A stretch of 64,000 bases of DNA from an uncultured Dehalococcoidales bacterium (GTDB lineage Bacteria; Chloroflexota; Dehalococcoidia; GIF9; UBA5629), in assembly GCA_964554375.1 (NCBI GenBank), contig CAZKOL010000002.1, positions 14,476 to 78,475 of the forward strand, in the 5' to 3' direction. Each line of letters begins with the position of its first letter. Position 1 is the first letter of the stretch. The translations under genes and the position numbers were made by a program. The notes under the pieces were generated by a model. It saw only the letters and a program-made list of their open reading frames with translations. It searched no databases and was not told the DNA's origin. Shown here one piece after another: positions 10,085 through 19,860 of the stretch.

Positions 10085-10606
10085 TCAACAAACAACCTCC
10101 CGGATGCCGGGGGTGGCTTCGGTCCACGCGATACGGACGTCAATTTCTCTCGGTTTTATTTTATCTTGCCTTTCTAACGGGATTATAGTTAAAATCTCGG
10201 CCATGATCACCGCGGTTATGATCACAGATAACACGCTTGAGAAAAGTCCCAGAAATAGTATTAAAAGGAAAATAAAGAGCCTTGCATCCAGTTTATTTAT
10301 AAGATTTAGAAATGCCCGCTTAAATTGCCTGTTCAGAAAGTGGAGAATAAAAACCAAAATGAGGACTACTTGAAAGATCCCGACAGGTATACCGGAAATC
10401 ATTACCGGCGATTCAACAGCTTCCCAGAATAATCCCCATGACCAATTTCCGACCACACTTACCGCTAGAATGCCCATCAGCAGGAAAAATAACTCAATAT
10501 TTTCATTGATCTTTTTAACGAGGAACGGGAGAATTAACGTACCGACTGAGATCAAGACCAATCCCGTCAGCACAAATACGGATATCTCTTGCTGCGCAAT
10601 CGGCAT
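10085..10606 (-). pseudogene. Truncated DUF1646-like membrane transporter fragment
   Basis: LPF..K.I.EN.E.F and LGL.SSV motifs of the DUF1646/IT-superfamily N-half; the ORF ends after about 5 TMs in a short unrelated tail that meets larC. Confidence 0.55.
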
Positions 10607-10645
10607 TCCCGCACCTTAAAACATGCCATGCAGTTAAATGATTTT

Positions 10646-11107
10646 CTACTGCAATTTACCCGCTGCATGTATCAACAATATCGGCACTGTAGATGCGTGC
10701 AGAATCTTTTCCGCTATACTGCCCCAGATCCAGCGGCTTACGCCGGACCTTCCATGTGTGGCCATGATAATCAACTCAATCGAATTCACGATTACGTAAT
10801 CTATAAGGCTATCAGCTATTTTCCTGGTTAAAACACTGGTTCTCACATCGATTCCCCTTGCTCTCAACCGGTCCGCAAGCTTATTCAAATAATCCTGCGT
10901 TGCCGCCTCTTGATTGTGCTGAATCTGCTCAATAGTCTCCTCATCAAATACAACCCCGCCATGGACCGGCGCCTCAAATTGTTCGACGACCATTATCAGG
11001 TCGAGTTCAGATATTTCTTTCCTTGCCAGGTCTTCCGCATGCGGTAAGGCAAGCTCAGCCAAATCCGATCCATCCAGCGGCGCCATTATTCTCCTGTACA
11101 TATCCAA
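10646..11107 (-). CDS. Universal stress protein
   Basis: PLDGSDLAE.ALP, LIIMATHGRSG..RW..GSIAEKILH. Confidence 0.9.
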   Translation of the reverse strand: MDMYRRIMAPLDGSDLAELALPHAEDLARKEISELDLIMVVEQFEAPVHGGVVFDEETIEQIQHNQEAATQDYLNKLADRLRARGIDVRTSVLTRKIADSLIDYVIVNSIELIIMATHGRSGVSRWIWGSIAEKILHASTVPILLIHAAGKLQ

Positions 11108-11139
11108 CCCCCATACCAGTGAATTTATGACATATACGT

Positions 11140-12387
11140 CTATAAATATATGGTATCTGACGGATTATCCACGGCTATAAACAGAAGGAGATACTCCTTT
11201 ACATGACGGGTTATTAAAAAGTTTTGTTTCACATGTTCATGTCCATTCTTACCAAGCCACGCGGCATAGTCTGGATTACTGAGCATCTGTTTAAGCGCAT
11301 AGGCTGCGCCGTCAACGCTATGGCAGAGAAGCCCTGTTATCTTGTTTCTTACTTGTTGGGGAATCCCCCCCACCTCAGTCGCTACTACCGGTTTACTTTT
11401 CCACAGAGCTTCGCTTATGGTCAGGCCAAAACCCTCTTTCAACGATTTCTGGAATACGACGGTGGCGGCTCTCTGCAAAGCGTTTATCTCAAGGTCACTG
11501 CCGGGAGGAATGGCAAGTATCTTTATATCCGGATCATTGTTGGCGTTTTCCCTGACTTCTTCCAGCACCCGGGACGACTCCGGATCGTCGGTGGCCGTTC
11601 CTCCCGCCAGAACCAGCTGGCAGTCGATACCTTTTCTGACCATCCTGAATGCCTGGATAACGCCAAGCGGGTCCTTTAAATAATCGAAACGGGATATTTG
11701 GACCACCATCGGCTTGCCGTTGTCCAGGCCGTATTTATCGAGCACCGACTGAATCTGAGATTGTGATATCTCCCTGTTTTTGTCGCTCAAAGGGTCGATT
11801 GACGGTGAAATCATATATTGCCTGACGGGCAACTGCTGCGAAAAATCGGGGGCTGAGAATACCGTAGCATCGTATCCCACTACATATTTTCTTAAGAATT
11901 TCCACACGTCTTTATCCGGATGCGAAACATCGATATGGCAACGCCATATCCATTTGCCGCCCAAGGATTCTTTTCTCTCGATCAACATAATCGGCTGCGG
12001 ATCATGGATATAATATATGGCCGCATTTAAAGCCATACTCCCATTGTTTTTGCGGCTTGTCTCCATGAAGATATCCAGGTCGTCTTTAGTGATGCTTTCA
12101 TCCCTGCCGTGCAAAGCGTTATGGAATTTTTTAGTGACATTGAAAAATGCTTCGTCACCCCCGATCACGTCCCAGGTGGCATCGACGCCCAGCTGGTTTA
12201 AAAGCGGGACCATGCGGGTCAGTATCTCCGCCACCCCACCGCCCGAAAATGTCGAATTAATATTGTGGACCTTCCTCCCCGCAAGGTGTGAGCCCAATAT
12301 CTTCAGTTCATCGATTATATTTTTCCCTACGATCGGCTGGTATTCCTCTAACTTGGTTTTATACTGGCTGATTGCTGTGTCATTCAT
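11140..12387 (-). CDS. treT: Trehalose synthase TreT-type GT4 glycosyltransferase
   Basis: NST..GGGVAEIL, HDPQP, WRCHID, SRFD..KDP, EGFGLT.SEA.WK; lies beside otsAB. Confidence 0.85.
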   Translation of the reverse strand: MNDTAISQYKTKLEEYQPIVGKNIIDELKILGSHLAGRKVHNINSTFSGGGVAEILTRMVPLLNQLGVDATWDVIGGDEAFFNVTKKFHNALHGRDESITKDDLDIFMETSRKNNGSMALNAAIYYIHDPQPIMLIERKESLGGKWIWRCHIDVSHPDKDVWKFLRKYVVGYDATVFSAPDFSQQLPVRQYMISPSIDPLSDKNREISQSQIQSVLDKYGLDNGKPMVVQISRFDYLKDPLGVIQAFRMVRKGIDCQLVLAGGTATDDPESSRVLEEVRENANNDPDIKILAIPPGSDLEINALQRAATVVFQKSLKEGFGLTISEALWKSKPVVATEVGGIPQQVRNKITGLLCHSVDGAAYALKQMLSNPDYAAWLGKNGHEHVKQNFLITRHVKEYLLLFIAVDNPSDTIYL

Positions 12388-12395
12388 AGTATTTC

Positions 12396-13769
12396 CTACT
12401 TAATTCGTTTCTCGATGAGTTGAATGATCACTGACCTTAACCCCTCAATAGTCGTAGTATATGGCACAAGATTGTCGATTTTCTCGGCAAGATCGTCTTC
12501 ACCAAAAGCGTCCCTGATCCATACGGAAAAGTCACTGGACCGTTTCTGCAGCCTCAGCCTCGACTCAAATACATGGTAGTAAAGGGAATCTATAGTAATC
12601 TTGCGAAAAACCTCGACAAACTCGCGCAGGTCGGAGGCGAAGTAAGGGGTTGGCACGATGATGTTGACCGCTTTGACGAAATGAAATTCGCGCTCGGCCT
12701 GGGTGAACCGGATATCCGGGTTTTCCGCCATATACTGCTCGATAACCGAGATCAAGGCGGCCTTTAAAGACCCCAGGCTGGTATACTCAAAGGTATCTAT
12801 ATTGGCCAGTTTCTCTGACAGCACAGGATTGTCAAGGGCATCACCGACCCATAAGGCAAAATCATTTGCAGGTTCAGGCGTCAGGAACTGATACTCCTCC
12901 AGGAAATGATGTGTGTGGTAATAAACAATTGAATCCGGCGCCGCTTTAAGTATATTGACCAGCGCGATTAAATTTGTTGCTTTCAGCCCGGTAAGTTCCT
13001 TGAGATGAAGCCTCGTATAGAAGTGAAACGGCTTTGAAGTTTTTTTTAGCGGGCGGCCGTAATTGACGATCGTTTCCCTGACCAGCTTGCTGTTAGGTAT
13101 CACAATGGTATTTTGATCGGGTGTCTTGACGATTATGTTCCTCCACCCCATGGCGATAACATATCCTTCATCGTCAGAGCCGATTTTGATAAAATCGCCC
13201 TCCTTTATAAGACGGCTTGCTGAAATCTCGAATCCGGAGAAAATATTCAATATCGCATCACGCGAGGCCACGATGATCACCAGCATGGCTATGCCAATCA
13301 GCAGTATTAAAGGGGTCACCGGCCAACCCCAAAAGTCAAGCAATATCAATAATCCGACTATAAGAAGAGCCGAACGCACAGCGGTGACCACATATTTTCC
13401 AGGCTGTTTAACGTGTTTGATCTCGCTCAGGTAAATACGCAGCAGCCTCTCGCTCAGGATGATAAGAAGCCAGATAATGGAAATTATGAATACGCTTGCA
13501 ATAACCTTGACTATTAGAATCTTATTTTCTTCCGGTAAGGTGGAGAATGCGACAGCAACATATAAACCGAGCAGAACGAACCAGAAAAAGAAGGGGCCCC
13601 GGGTAGTCTGAATCAGCACATCCCGGCCACCCCACCCCGATTTACTTAATTGCCTGTCCAGATGGTTGTACAGGACGCGTCTCGCCCACAAGCCAATGAT
13701 ACAAAATGCCAGAAACAGCGCAGCCGGCACCACTACAAGCAACCAATTTTGTTCAAACCATTCGATCAT
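12396..13769 (-). CDS. MscS mechanosensitive channel fused to a C-terminal DUF5752-like domain
   Basis: N-terminal TMs, GDFIKIG and IPNSKL (MscS), followed by two repeats with YYHTHH / YYHVFE...NDF..W. Confidence 0.8.
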   Translation of the reverse strand: MIEWFEQNWLLVVVPAALFLAFCIIGLWARRVLYNHLDRQLSKSGWGGRDVLIQTTRGPFFFWFVLLGLYVAVAFSTLPEENKILIVKVIASVFIISIIWLLIILSERLLRIYLSEIKHVKQPGKYVVTAVRSALLIVGLLILLDFWGWPVTPLILLIGIAMLVIIVASRDAILNIFSGFEISASRLIKEGDFIKIGSDDEGYVIAMGWRNIIVKTPDQNTIVIPNSKLVRETIVNYGRPLKKTSKPFHFYTRLHLKELTGLKATNLIALVNILKAAPDSIVYYHTHHFLEEYQFLTPEPANDFALWVGDALDNPVLSEKLANIDTFEYTSLGSLKAALISVIEQYMAENPDIRFTQAEREFHFVKAVNIIVPTPYFASDLREFVEVFRKITIDSLYYHVFESRLRLQKRSSDFSVWIRDAFGEDDLAEKIDNLVPYTTTIEGLRSVIIQLIEKRIK

Positions 13770-13778
13770 GTTCTTATC

Positions 13779-14579
13779 CTACGCAATCTTCAGTACTTCA
13801 GCAAGTAAACTACTCACCTCGGATGTATCGTTTAAGTAATATGCGGCAGCGGACTTCTGCCTGTTGTCGCCGACAAATATCGATATCCCTCCCGCGCTGT
13901 TGATGGCCTGAAAGGCATCCTCATCCGTTAAATCATCCCCAACATACATGGATAGATACGACCCGCGCACATTTTTCGGCACGAACTTCTCTAGGATCAT
14001 CTGTACAGCCTTACCTTTGTTCCAGGGGACGGCGGGCCTGACCTCGTGCACTTTTTTACCCGATGAAGTCTTGATCTTGCCCCCCTTTCTGCCAATATTA
14101 ACAGTATTGTCAAATATGGCCTCGACCTGCTGCAGCTGCTCAGCATCGACCAGCCGGTAATGCACACTGAGGGTCAGGCCTTTATCTTCGACGATTACAC
14201 CCCTGATCCTGGCCGTCGCCTTCGTTAGAATAAGACCTATAATATGCATCGCCGATTTAATTTCATCGGTCAGGGGATGGATAAACCTTATGCCGGGCCC
14301 CTCGATCTCCAGCCCGTGATTTCCTGCGAAAACGATATTGCCCACGCCGACCATCTCCCGTATATCAGAGATCGCCCGGCCGCTTATAATCCCTACAGTT
14401 ACCCCCGGTCTATGCGTCAGTTTATCAAGCATAACTCCAATTCCGTCAGGCAGGCGAGCAATCTCCGGCCGGTCAACTATCGGTGTCAAGGTGCCGTCAT
14501 AGTCGAATAAAATCACCTTGTGTTTCGCGGCTTTTAATTGTTTCCAGATGCTGTTCCAATCGTTGAAAAGATATTCCAT
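13779..14579 (-). CDS. otsB: Trehalose-6-phosphate phosphatase
   Basis: HAD motifs FDYDGTL, SGR, GNHG, HYR, NKG, GDDLTDEDAF. Confidence 0.93.
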   Translation of the reverse strand: MEYLFNDWNSIWKQLKAAKHKVILFDYDGTLTPIVDRPEIARLPDGIGVMLDKLTHRPGVTVGIISGRAISDIREMVGVGNIVFAGNHGLEIEGPGIRFIHPLTDEIKSAMHIIGLILTKATARIRGVIVEDKGLTLSVHYRLVDAEQLQQVEAIFDNTVNIGRKGGKIKTSSGKKVHEVRPAVPWNKGKAVQMILEKFVPKNVRGSYLSMYVGDDLTDEDAFQAINSAGGISIFVGDNRQKSAAAYYLNDTSEVSSLLAEVLKIA

Positions 14580-14594
14580 TGATCCTGAAGCGAT

Positions 14595-16067
14595 TTATTT
14601 AATATCAACCATGGCCGAGATAATATCGGCTGCCCAGCGATAGACATTGTTTTCCCGAACTTTATCGCGCAATTTAGTCATCCTCTTTCTACGCTGACCC
14701 TCAGGCATCTCTATCGCTGCTTTAATTGTCTCAGCGATATCCGCCACAGCATACGGGTTGACCAGCAGGGCATCCTCCAACTCCCTTGCCGCGCCGGTAA
14801 ACCGGCTTAATATGAGCACCCCTTCCCCGTCCGCCCTGCTGGATATGAACTCCTTGGCGACTAGGTTCATACCGTCATGCAGGGAGCTGACAATACAAAA
14901 ACGCGCCAGCCTGTTGAACGCCAACAACGTGACGGGTGATTTATGCTCTTTAACATATATGATAGGCCGCCAGCCGTCAGTCTGATGCTTGTTGTTGATA
15001 TCGTAGATAAGCCTGTCGATCTCAATGTTCAGTTCCTCATATTTCTTGATCTTCATGCGGCTGGGTTCGCCCAATTGAAAAAAGACTATTTTGTTTTTGT
15101 ACTTGTATTTCGGGTATTTTGTCAGCAGCGCATCAATAGCCTTTAGCCTTTCGGGTATGCCCTTGGTGTAATCGATCCTGTCCAGGCCGATACCGATTAT
15201 CTCATCTGTAATGCCGTATTTATTTTTAATAGCCTTCATCTCACTTTCAACTTCCGCCGCCTGACTTTTTTTATTTATGGCCTCGAAATCCACGCTGATG
15301 GGGAACGGCTTGACATATGTTGTGTGATTGCCATGGCTGACAGAAAATTTCTCATTATCGATCCTGCATTCCAATGCCCTGTCAACAGTCTCTAGGAAAT
15401 TATGGCGGTGGTAAGCGATATGAAACCCGAGCAAATCGTTGCCGAGCAATCCATAAAGTATTTCATTTTGCCAGGGACAGACCCTGAATGCTTCCCGGTT
15501 AGGCCAGGGTATATGCCAGAACTGGGCTGTAATAGCACGTGGATTCTTGGCCTTGATCAGCCTGGATACCAGAGTCAAATGATAATCTTGAATAAAGACA
15601 AAAGCCTTGCGATGGCCGATCTCCTCCAGTACCGCATCTGCAAAAAGCCTGTTGACGTTTTTATAAGTATACCAGTCTTCATCATTAAACTTGGGGCGCT
15701 GGAATACTATATGGCAGAGCGGCCACATGGCCTCGTTGGAAAACCCTAAATAATACCTGTCCACTTCCTCGTCGGATAGCCATACACGCTTGAGCTTATA
15801 GCTCCTGCTTTCAGGCGGAACAAGCACGATGTTTTTGCTGTCTACGACCTCTTTGTCCGCGCTGCCGTTGCCATGTGCCACCCATGTTCCGCCACATGCT
15901 CGCATGACAGGATCAAGGGCAGTTGTCAGGCCGCTGGCCGGCACTGTGCACTCGATTTTATCGCCGGCATATGTATGTATGAAAGGCTCTCTGTTAGAAA
16001 CTACAACAAATAGATAGCCAGACAGTTTTTCTTTAACCAGCCTATGTAAATCGGCCTGATTCCACAT
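14595..16067 (-). CDS. otsA: Trehalose-6-phosphate synthase
   Basis: VVSNREP, WPLCH, QDYH, FWHIPWP, DRIDYTKG, DGMNLVAKE. Confidence 0.93.
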   Translation of the reverse strand: MWNQADLHRLVKEKLSGYLFVVVSNREPFIHTYAGDKIECTVPASGLTTALDPVMRACGGTWVAHGNGSADKEVVDSKNIVLVPPESRSYKLKRVWLSDEEVDRYYLGFSNEAMWPLCHIVFQRPKFNDEDWYTYKNVNRLFADAVLEEIGHRKAFVFIQDYHLTLVSRLIKAKNPRAITAQFWHIPWPNREAFRVCPWQNEILYGLLGNDLLGFHIAYHRHNFLETVDRALECRIDNEKFSVSHGNHTTYVKPFPISVDFEAINKKSQAAEVESEMKAIKNKYGITDEIIGIGLDRIDYTKGIPERLKAIDALLTKYPKYKYKNKIVFFQLGEPSRMKIKKYEELNIEIDRLIYDINNKHQTDGWRPIIYVKEHKSPVTLLAFNRLARFCIVSSLHDGMNLVAKEFISSRADGEGVLILSRFTGAARELEDALLVNPYAVADIAETIKAAIEMPEGQRRKRMTKLRDKVRENNVYRWAADIISAMVDIK

Positions 16068-16146
16068 AAAATTTCTCCTCGTCTAATCTATTATCGTATC
16101 CATGTCCTTCGTATGCAACTAGAATTCTCAATGTCCTATACAACTC

Positions 16147-16737
16147 CTACTGGTATATCCTGTAGCTGGACCAGATATTATTAAACCTGCCTTTCAGGTT
16201 GAACGAATAGCCGCTGAGGGTCCAGAAATTGATCAGGCACTGGAGCAACGCATAGAAAATGAAAGCTGAATTAGCCGGATCGACATCTTTCCTGCCGCAC
16301 TCAGTAGCCGCATGCCTGCTAAAAATTCGGGATACGTTATCGATATAATTATTAATGGCATTTACCGTCTCTTTATTGAGCTGCCTATCTCCCATGCTGA
16401 CTACTTCAGTAAATACCTGAAAAAAGATGCCGCGCCTCTTTACCACATTTGCCACGTGCCTTTTCATCAAAGCGTCAAGGTCAGAGGACTCCACCAGTTC
16501 AGCATCCGCCACGTATGACAGATCGTCAATTAATATCCTTTCTGCATAATCTATCAGGAAGTGGTAAATTGCTCGTTTATTGGGGAAGTGCCTGTATATG
16601 GCGGCTTCCGACAGGCCTATCTCGAGGGCAAGATTTTTAATGGTGACATGCTCACCTCCTAGCTTGACTATCAGCTTTGCCGCCGCCGATGCTATTTGCT
16701 TTTGGCGGAATTCCCTTTTCCCCCTCTTAATTACCAT
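16147..16737 (-). CDS. TetR family transcriptional regulator
   Basis: VTIKNLALEIGLSEAAIYRHF HTH. Confidence 0.88.
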   Translation of the reverse strand: MVIKRGKREFRQKQIASAAAKLIVKLGGEHVTIKNLALEIGLSEAAIYRHFPNKRAIYHFLIDYAERILIDDLSYVADAELVESSDLDALMKRHVANVVKRRGIFFQVFTEVVSMGDRQLNKETVNAINNYIDNVSRIFSRHAATECGRKDVDPANSAFIFYALLQCLINFWTLSGYSFNLKGRFNNIWSSYRIYQ

Positions 16738-16778
16738 TTTTCACACAAATCGCACGCCACGTAGTGGCCGATCCATTA

Positions 16779-16800
16779 TGTAAGTGATTATTCACTAACA
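16779..16800. promoter_or_regulatory. Imperfect palindrome, candidate TetR operator
   Basis: TGTAAGTGATTATTCACTAACA about 40 bp upstream of tetR; related sequence at 18341-18360. Confidence 0.45.
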
Positions 16801-16802
16801 TT

Positions 16803-17975
16803 CTAAACAATTTTCACACCTGTGTCAACCGGGAGTGACTCAGGGAATCGGTTAAGCAGCGACTTATAGTAGTCGATAACCTGACGGCTGATATGCTCCC
16901 ACCCGTATTTATTAGCTGTCGCCAGACCGTTTTCCATCAGCCTTATGCGCAATTGTTTGTCATGGATCAATGCCAGCAATGCATCAGCTATTGATTGCCT
17001 GTCAGTGGCCCGGGCCAACACTCCATCGAATTTGTGCGTTACAACACTTGAATACCCGGCGATATCGGTAGCCACAACCGGCGTGCCGCTGGCCATGGCC
17101 TCCAGCAGCACGATTCCGAAGCTCTCCCCTCCCGTCGCCGGCGCACAAAATATGTCTGCGGTCCTGTAGTAATCCGCAAGCATATTAAAAGGCACGAATC
17201 CTGTGAAGACAATCTGGTCCGGTATTAACTTTTTCGCGAGAAGTTCATATCTATATCGCAGCTTCAGGCCGGGACCCACCACGATAAGTCGGAATCCGGG
17301 GAAATCCCTTTTCACATAAGAGCAGGCATAGATGAGGTCTTCTAATCCTTTGCGTTCCTCTAATCTGCCGACGAACAGTATGTTTAGCTTTCCATCTTTA
17401 TATTCATGTCGCAGGGGGCCGTCGGGCCTGTAATGGCCGGTATCAATGCCATTTGGTATGACCTTGTATTCAGCAGGCAGATATTTGGAAATATAGCTAA
17501 GAGCCGGTTTTGAAACCGCTATTTTCCCATGTAGTTTCTTCCCCAGCCTCCTCACAACGGACTGACCCAGCCAGTAAAGTGCTGAGCTCTCATGGCAGGC
17601 ATGGAAGGTGCCGACGTTCACCGCCGTCGATTGCGCCAACGCGCTGAGGCCGATCATGGGGATAAATGGTTCGTGCAAATGCACTATGTCAAAGTTCTCC
17701 TTGTCGAGCACTCTCTTGACCTGGTACGGAAGCCACGGCGACATGGCGATCCGAGCCGTAGTGCCCCCGTATGGTATGGGCAAAGGCAGTCCCACAGATT
17801 TCACATCCTGCTCAAAATACGGCACAACTTTCCCGAATGAGGGCGCAATGACCTTTACATTGTGCCCATATATTTGCAGGTGGTGGGCAAGATGGGTAAC
17901 GTGATTGATTACGCCGCCCGGATGAGAATAGTCATATGAAGAAAACAGTCCAACTTTCATGTTTATGAAATCCAC
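16803..17975 (-). CDS. GT4 glycosyltransferase (PimA-like)
   Basis: PGGV..HV, HLHEP, VGRLEERKG, GESFGIVLLEAMA. Confidence 0.88.
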   Translation of the reverse strand: MDFINMKVGLFSSYDYSHPGGVINHVTHLAHHLQIYGHNVKVIAPSFGKVVPYFEQDVKSVGLPLPIPYGGTTARIAMSPWLPYQVKRVLDKENFDIVHLHEPFIPMIGLSALAQSTAVNVGTFHACHESSALYWLGQSVVRRLGKKLHGKIAVSKPALSYISKYLPAEYKVIPNGIDTGHYRPDGPLRHEYKDGKLNILFVGRLEERKGLEDLIYACSYVKRDFPGFRLIVVGPGLKLRYRYELLAKKLIPDQIVFTGFVPFNMLADYYRTADIFCAPATGGESFGIVLLEAMASGTPVVATDIAGYSSVVTHKFDGVLARATDRQSIADALLALIHDKQLRIRLMENGLATANKYGWEHISRQVIDYYKSLLNRFPESLPVDTGVKIV

Positions 17976-18091
17976 AAAATACGAATAGACATCCTTTCTC
18001 GATACAATACGAACAAATACGGATAATTAATGCTGCCCGCAGTTCAATAAAATCATATTACAAATATGGTAATCGGCGGAAGCTATCGGTA

Positions 18092-18235
18092 TCACCTGAC
18101 CACATAGATATCGATAGGATCACTTACAATAATCCCGGGATGCCCGTCATTGATAACGATCTGGCCGGTTGCTCTGATCGTTTTGTATTTGTACTTATTT
18201 AAAGGATAGCCAAATTTTGTAGCGGAATCAGCCAT
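18092..18235 (-). pseudogene. Possible remnant of an OB-fold protein C-terminus (47 aa)
   Basis: Manual translation MADSATKFGYPLNKYKYKTIRATGQIVINDGHPGIIVSDPIDIYVVR; pattern resemblance only. Confidence 0.25.
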
Positions 18236-18446
18236 GATCGTGAGCCAATTGCATTTCAGCGTATATAGACTAAATATAGGCAGTCGCCTCCTGCTAAAAT
18301 AGCGCTCTGAACTGTATGCCAGCTTGTTATCCTGAGAATCTGTTAGTTAACGTTTACTTATTATTTAATTATATTGTAATACTTCCGTGGATTCAATTAG
18401 TCCATCATTGGCAGTATTTTGCCTTGAAATAACTGGGCCGTCCGTA

Positions 18447-19709
18447 TCACGAGGCAGATTTTGTCTGTTGTCCGAGATTTGAAAAAAACCAGGAATAGAA
18501 CCTCTTGAATTTGGTTTTATCGATAAGGAAAACGAGCAGGGACGTTACAATGATACTGATCAATATAATTGCATACGCAATATTCTGGATAATATCCCCA
18601 CCCGGCATGCCCTGTTGAAAAGGGATGGACGCCAGGACGGCTGCAGCCAGCCCCCTGGGTATTACGACTGCCAGCATCGATGCATCCAGCACAGGCGTGG
18701 ATTTTAGAACAGTAGCCCTTACAACAGGCAAACGAATTATGTAAATAATAACAGTCAAAACAAGTCCAACCAGTATCAGCCACCAGTTTGCCAGCTGCAA
18801 CGAAATACCCATGTACACGAAGAAAAATGTTTTCAGGATAAACACCATCTCGGAAAAAAATGCTTTCTCGGATATATTCAATCCGCTCAGGCCTGCGTTA
18901 TGGCCGTTATTAAGTTTAGGCAATCTCAATGAACCGATATTTCCCAGCGTGATCCCAAATGCCAGCGCTGCTACCGCCCCGCTGTAACCCAGCCATTCAG
19001 CGAGGCCAAAAATAACAAAAACAAACGCTGCAGTGGTAAACTTCGAATTCTGCAAACCGCGCACTTTATTCAGGATGAATGACCAACCAAATGCACTAAC
19101 GGTGCCCAACATTGCAGCCAGTAAAAACGATGCCAGCAGCCTGCCCACTGTCAGCCCTATATCAAAGTCCATGATATCCCCGATTTTGGCAATTTCAATC
19201 AGGCTGATTACAGCTAATACGCTGTATACGTCGGTGATTGATGATTCCAATAGCAGCACGGTCTTTCCCTCATCCTGCATATTTAAATGGCTCAGCATCG
19301 GCACAATAATTGCGGATGAAATTGCCCCTGCCACCGAAGCGAGAATAAATGACTTAACAACTCCTAATCCGGTTAGAAAATAGGCGGCCGCACCGACTGC
19401 TGCGACAGTTACGGCAAAGGTAACCGTGCTGAGCATCAATGTTTCTTTATAGGTTTTACGTAAAGATGAAATAGACAGACCTGTCCCGGCTTCAAACAGG
19501 ATTAAGATAAACGTTACTACGGTGAAAATGGGACCCACCGCACCGAAATGTGTGGGTGACGCGATGCCGAAGAGGGGCCCCAGCAGAAGACCGATAATCA
19601 CCAAAGGCAAGACATCGGGTATCCTGGTGTGCCTGAATATTGCCTCAAATAGATGTGCGGCAAAAATAAGTATGCCGACTAAAGCTATGGCGAGCGCTGC
19701 GTCATGCAT
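18447..19709 (-). CDS. Cation:proton antiporter (CPA1/NhaP-like)
   Basis: TRIPDVL, ILFEAG, LLLES.ITD, FF..MG, PRGLAAAVLA; hydrophobic. Confidence 0.88.
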   Translation of the reverse strand: MHDAALAIALVGILIFAAHLFEAIFRHTRIPDVLPLVIIGLLLGPLFGIASPTHFGAVGPIFTVVTFILILFEAGTGLSISSLRKTYKETLMLSTVTFAVTVAAVGAAAYFLTGLGVVKSFILASVAGAISSAIIVPMLSHLNMQDEGKTVLLLESSITDVYSVLAVISLIEIAKIGDIMDFDIGLTVGRLLASFLLAAMLGTVSAFGWSFILNKVRGLQNSKFTTAAFVFVIFGLAEWLGYSGAVAALAFGITLGNIGSLRLPKLNNGHNAGLSGLNISEKAFFSEMVFILKTFFFVYMGISLQLANWWLILVGLVLTVIIYIIRLPVVRATVLKSTPVLDASMLAVVIPRGLAAAVLASIPFQQGMPGGDIIQNIAYAIILISIIVTSLLVFLIDKTKFKRFYSWFFSNLGQQTKSAS

Positions 19710-19860
19710 TAATTGTAATAACCTTTAACCGACAGGGATTTGCTTCTCAGTACGATATTATCGTTTCTATATTTAGAACACGGCTATTTCTATAGCGTCA
19801 TTGAATTCACATATTCTTTGTCTCAGAAAGCAGGACATTTACCTGCTCCCGATAAGCATC

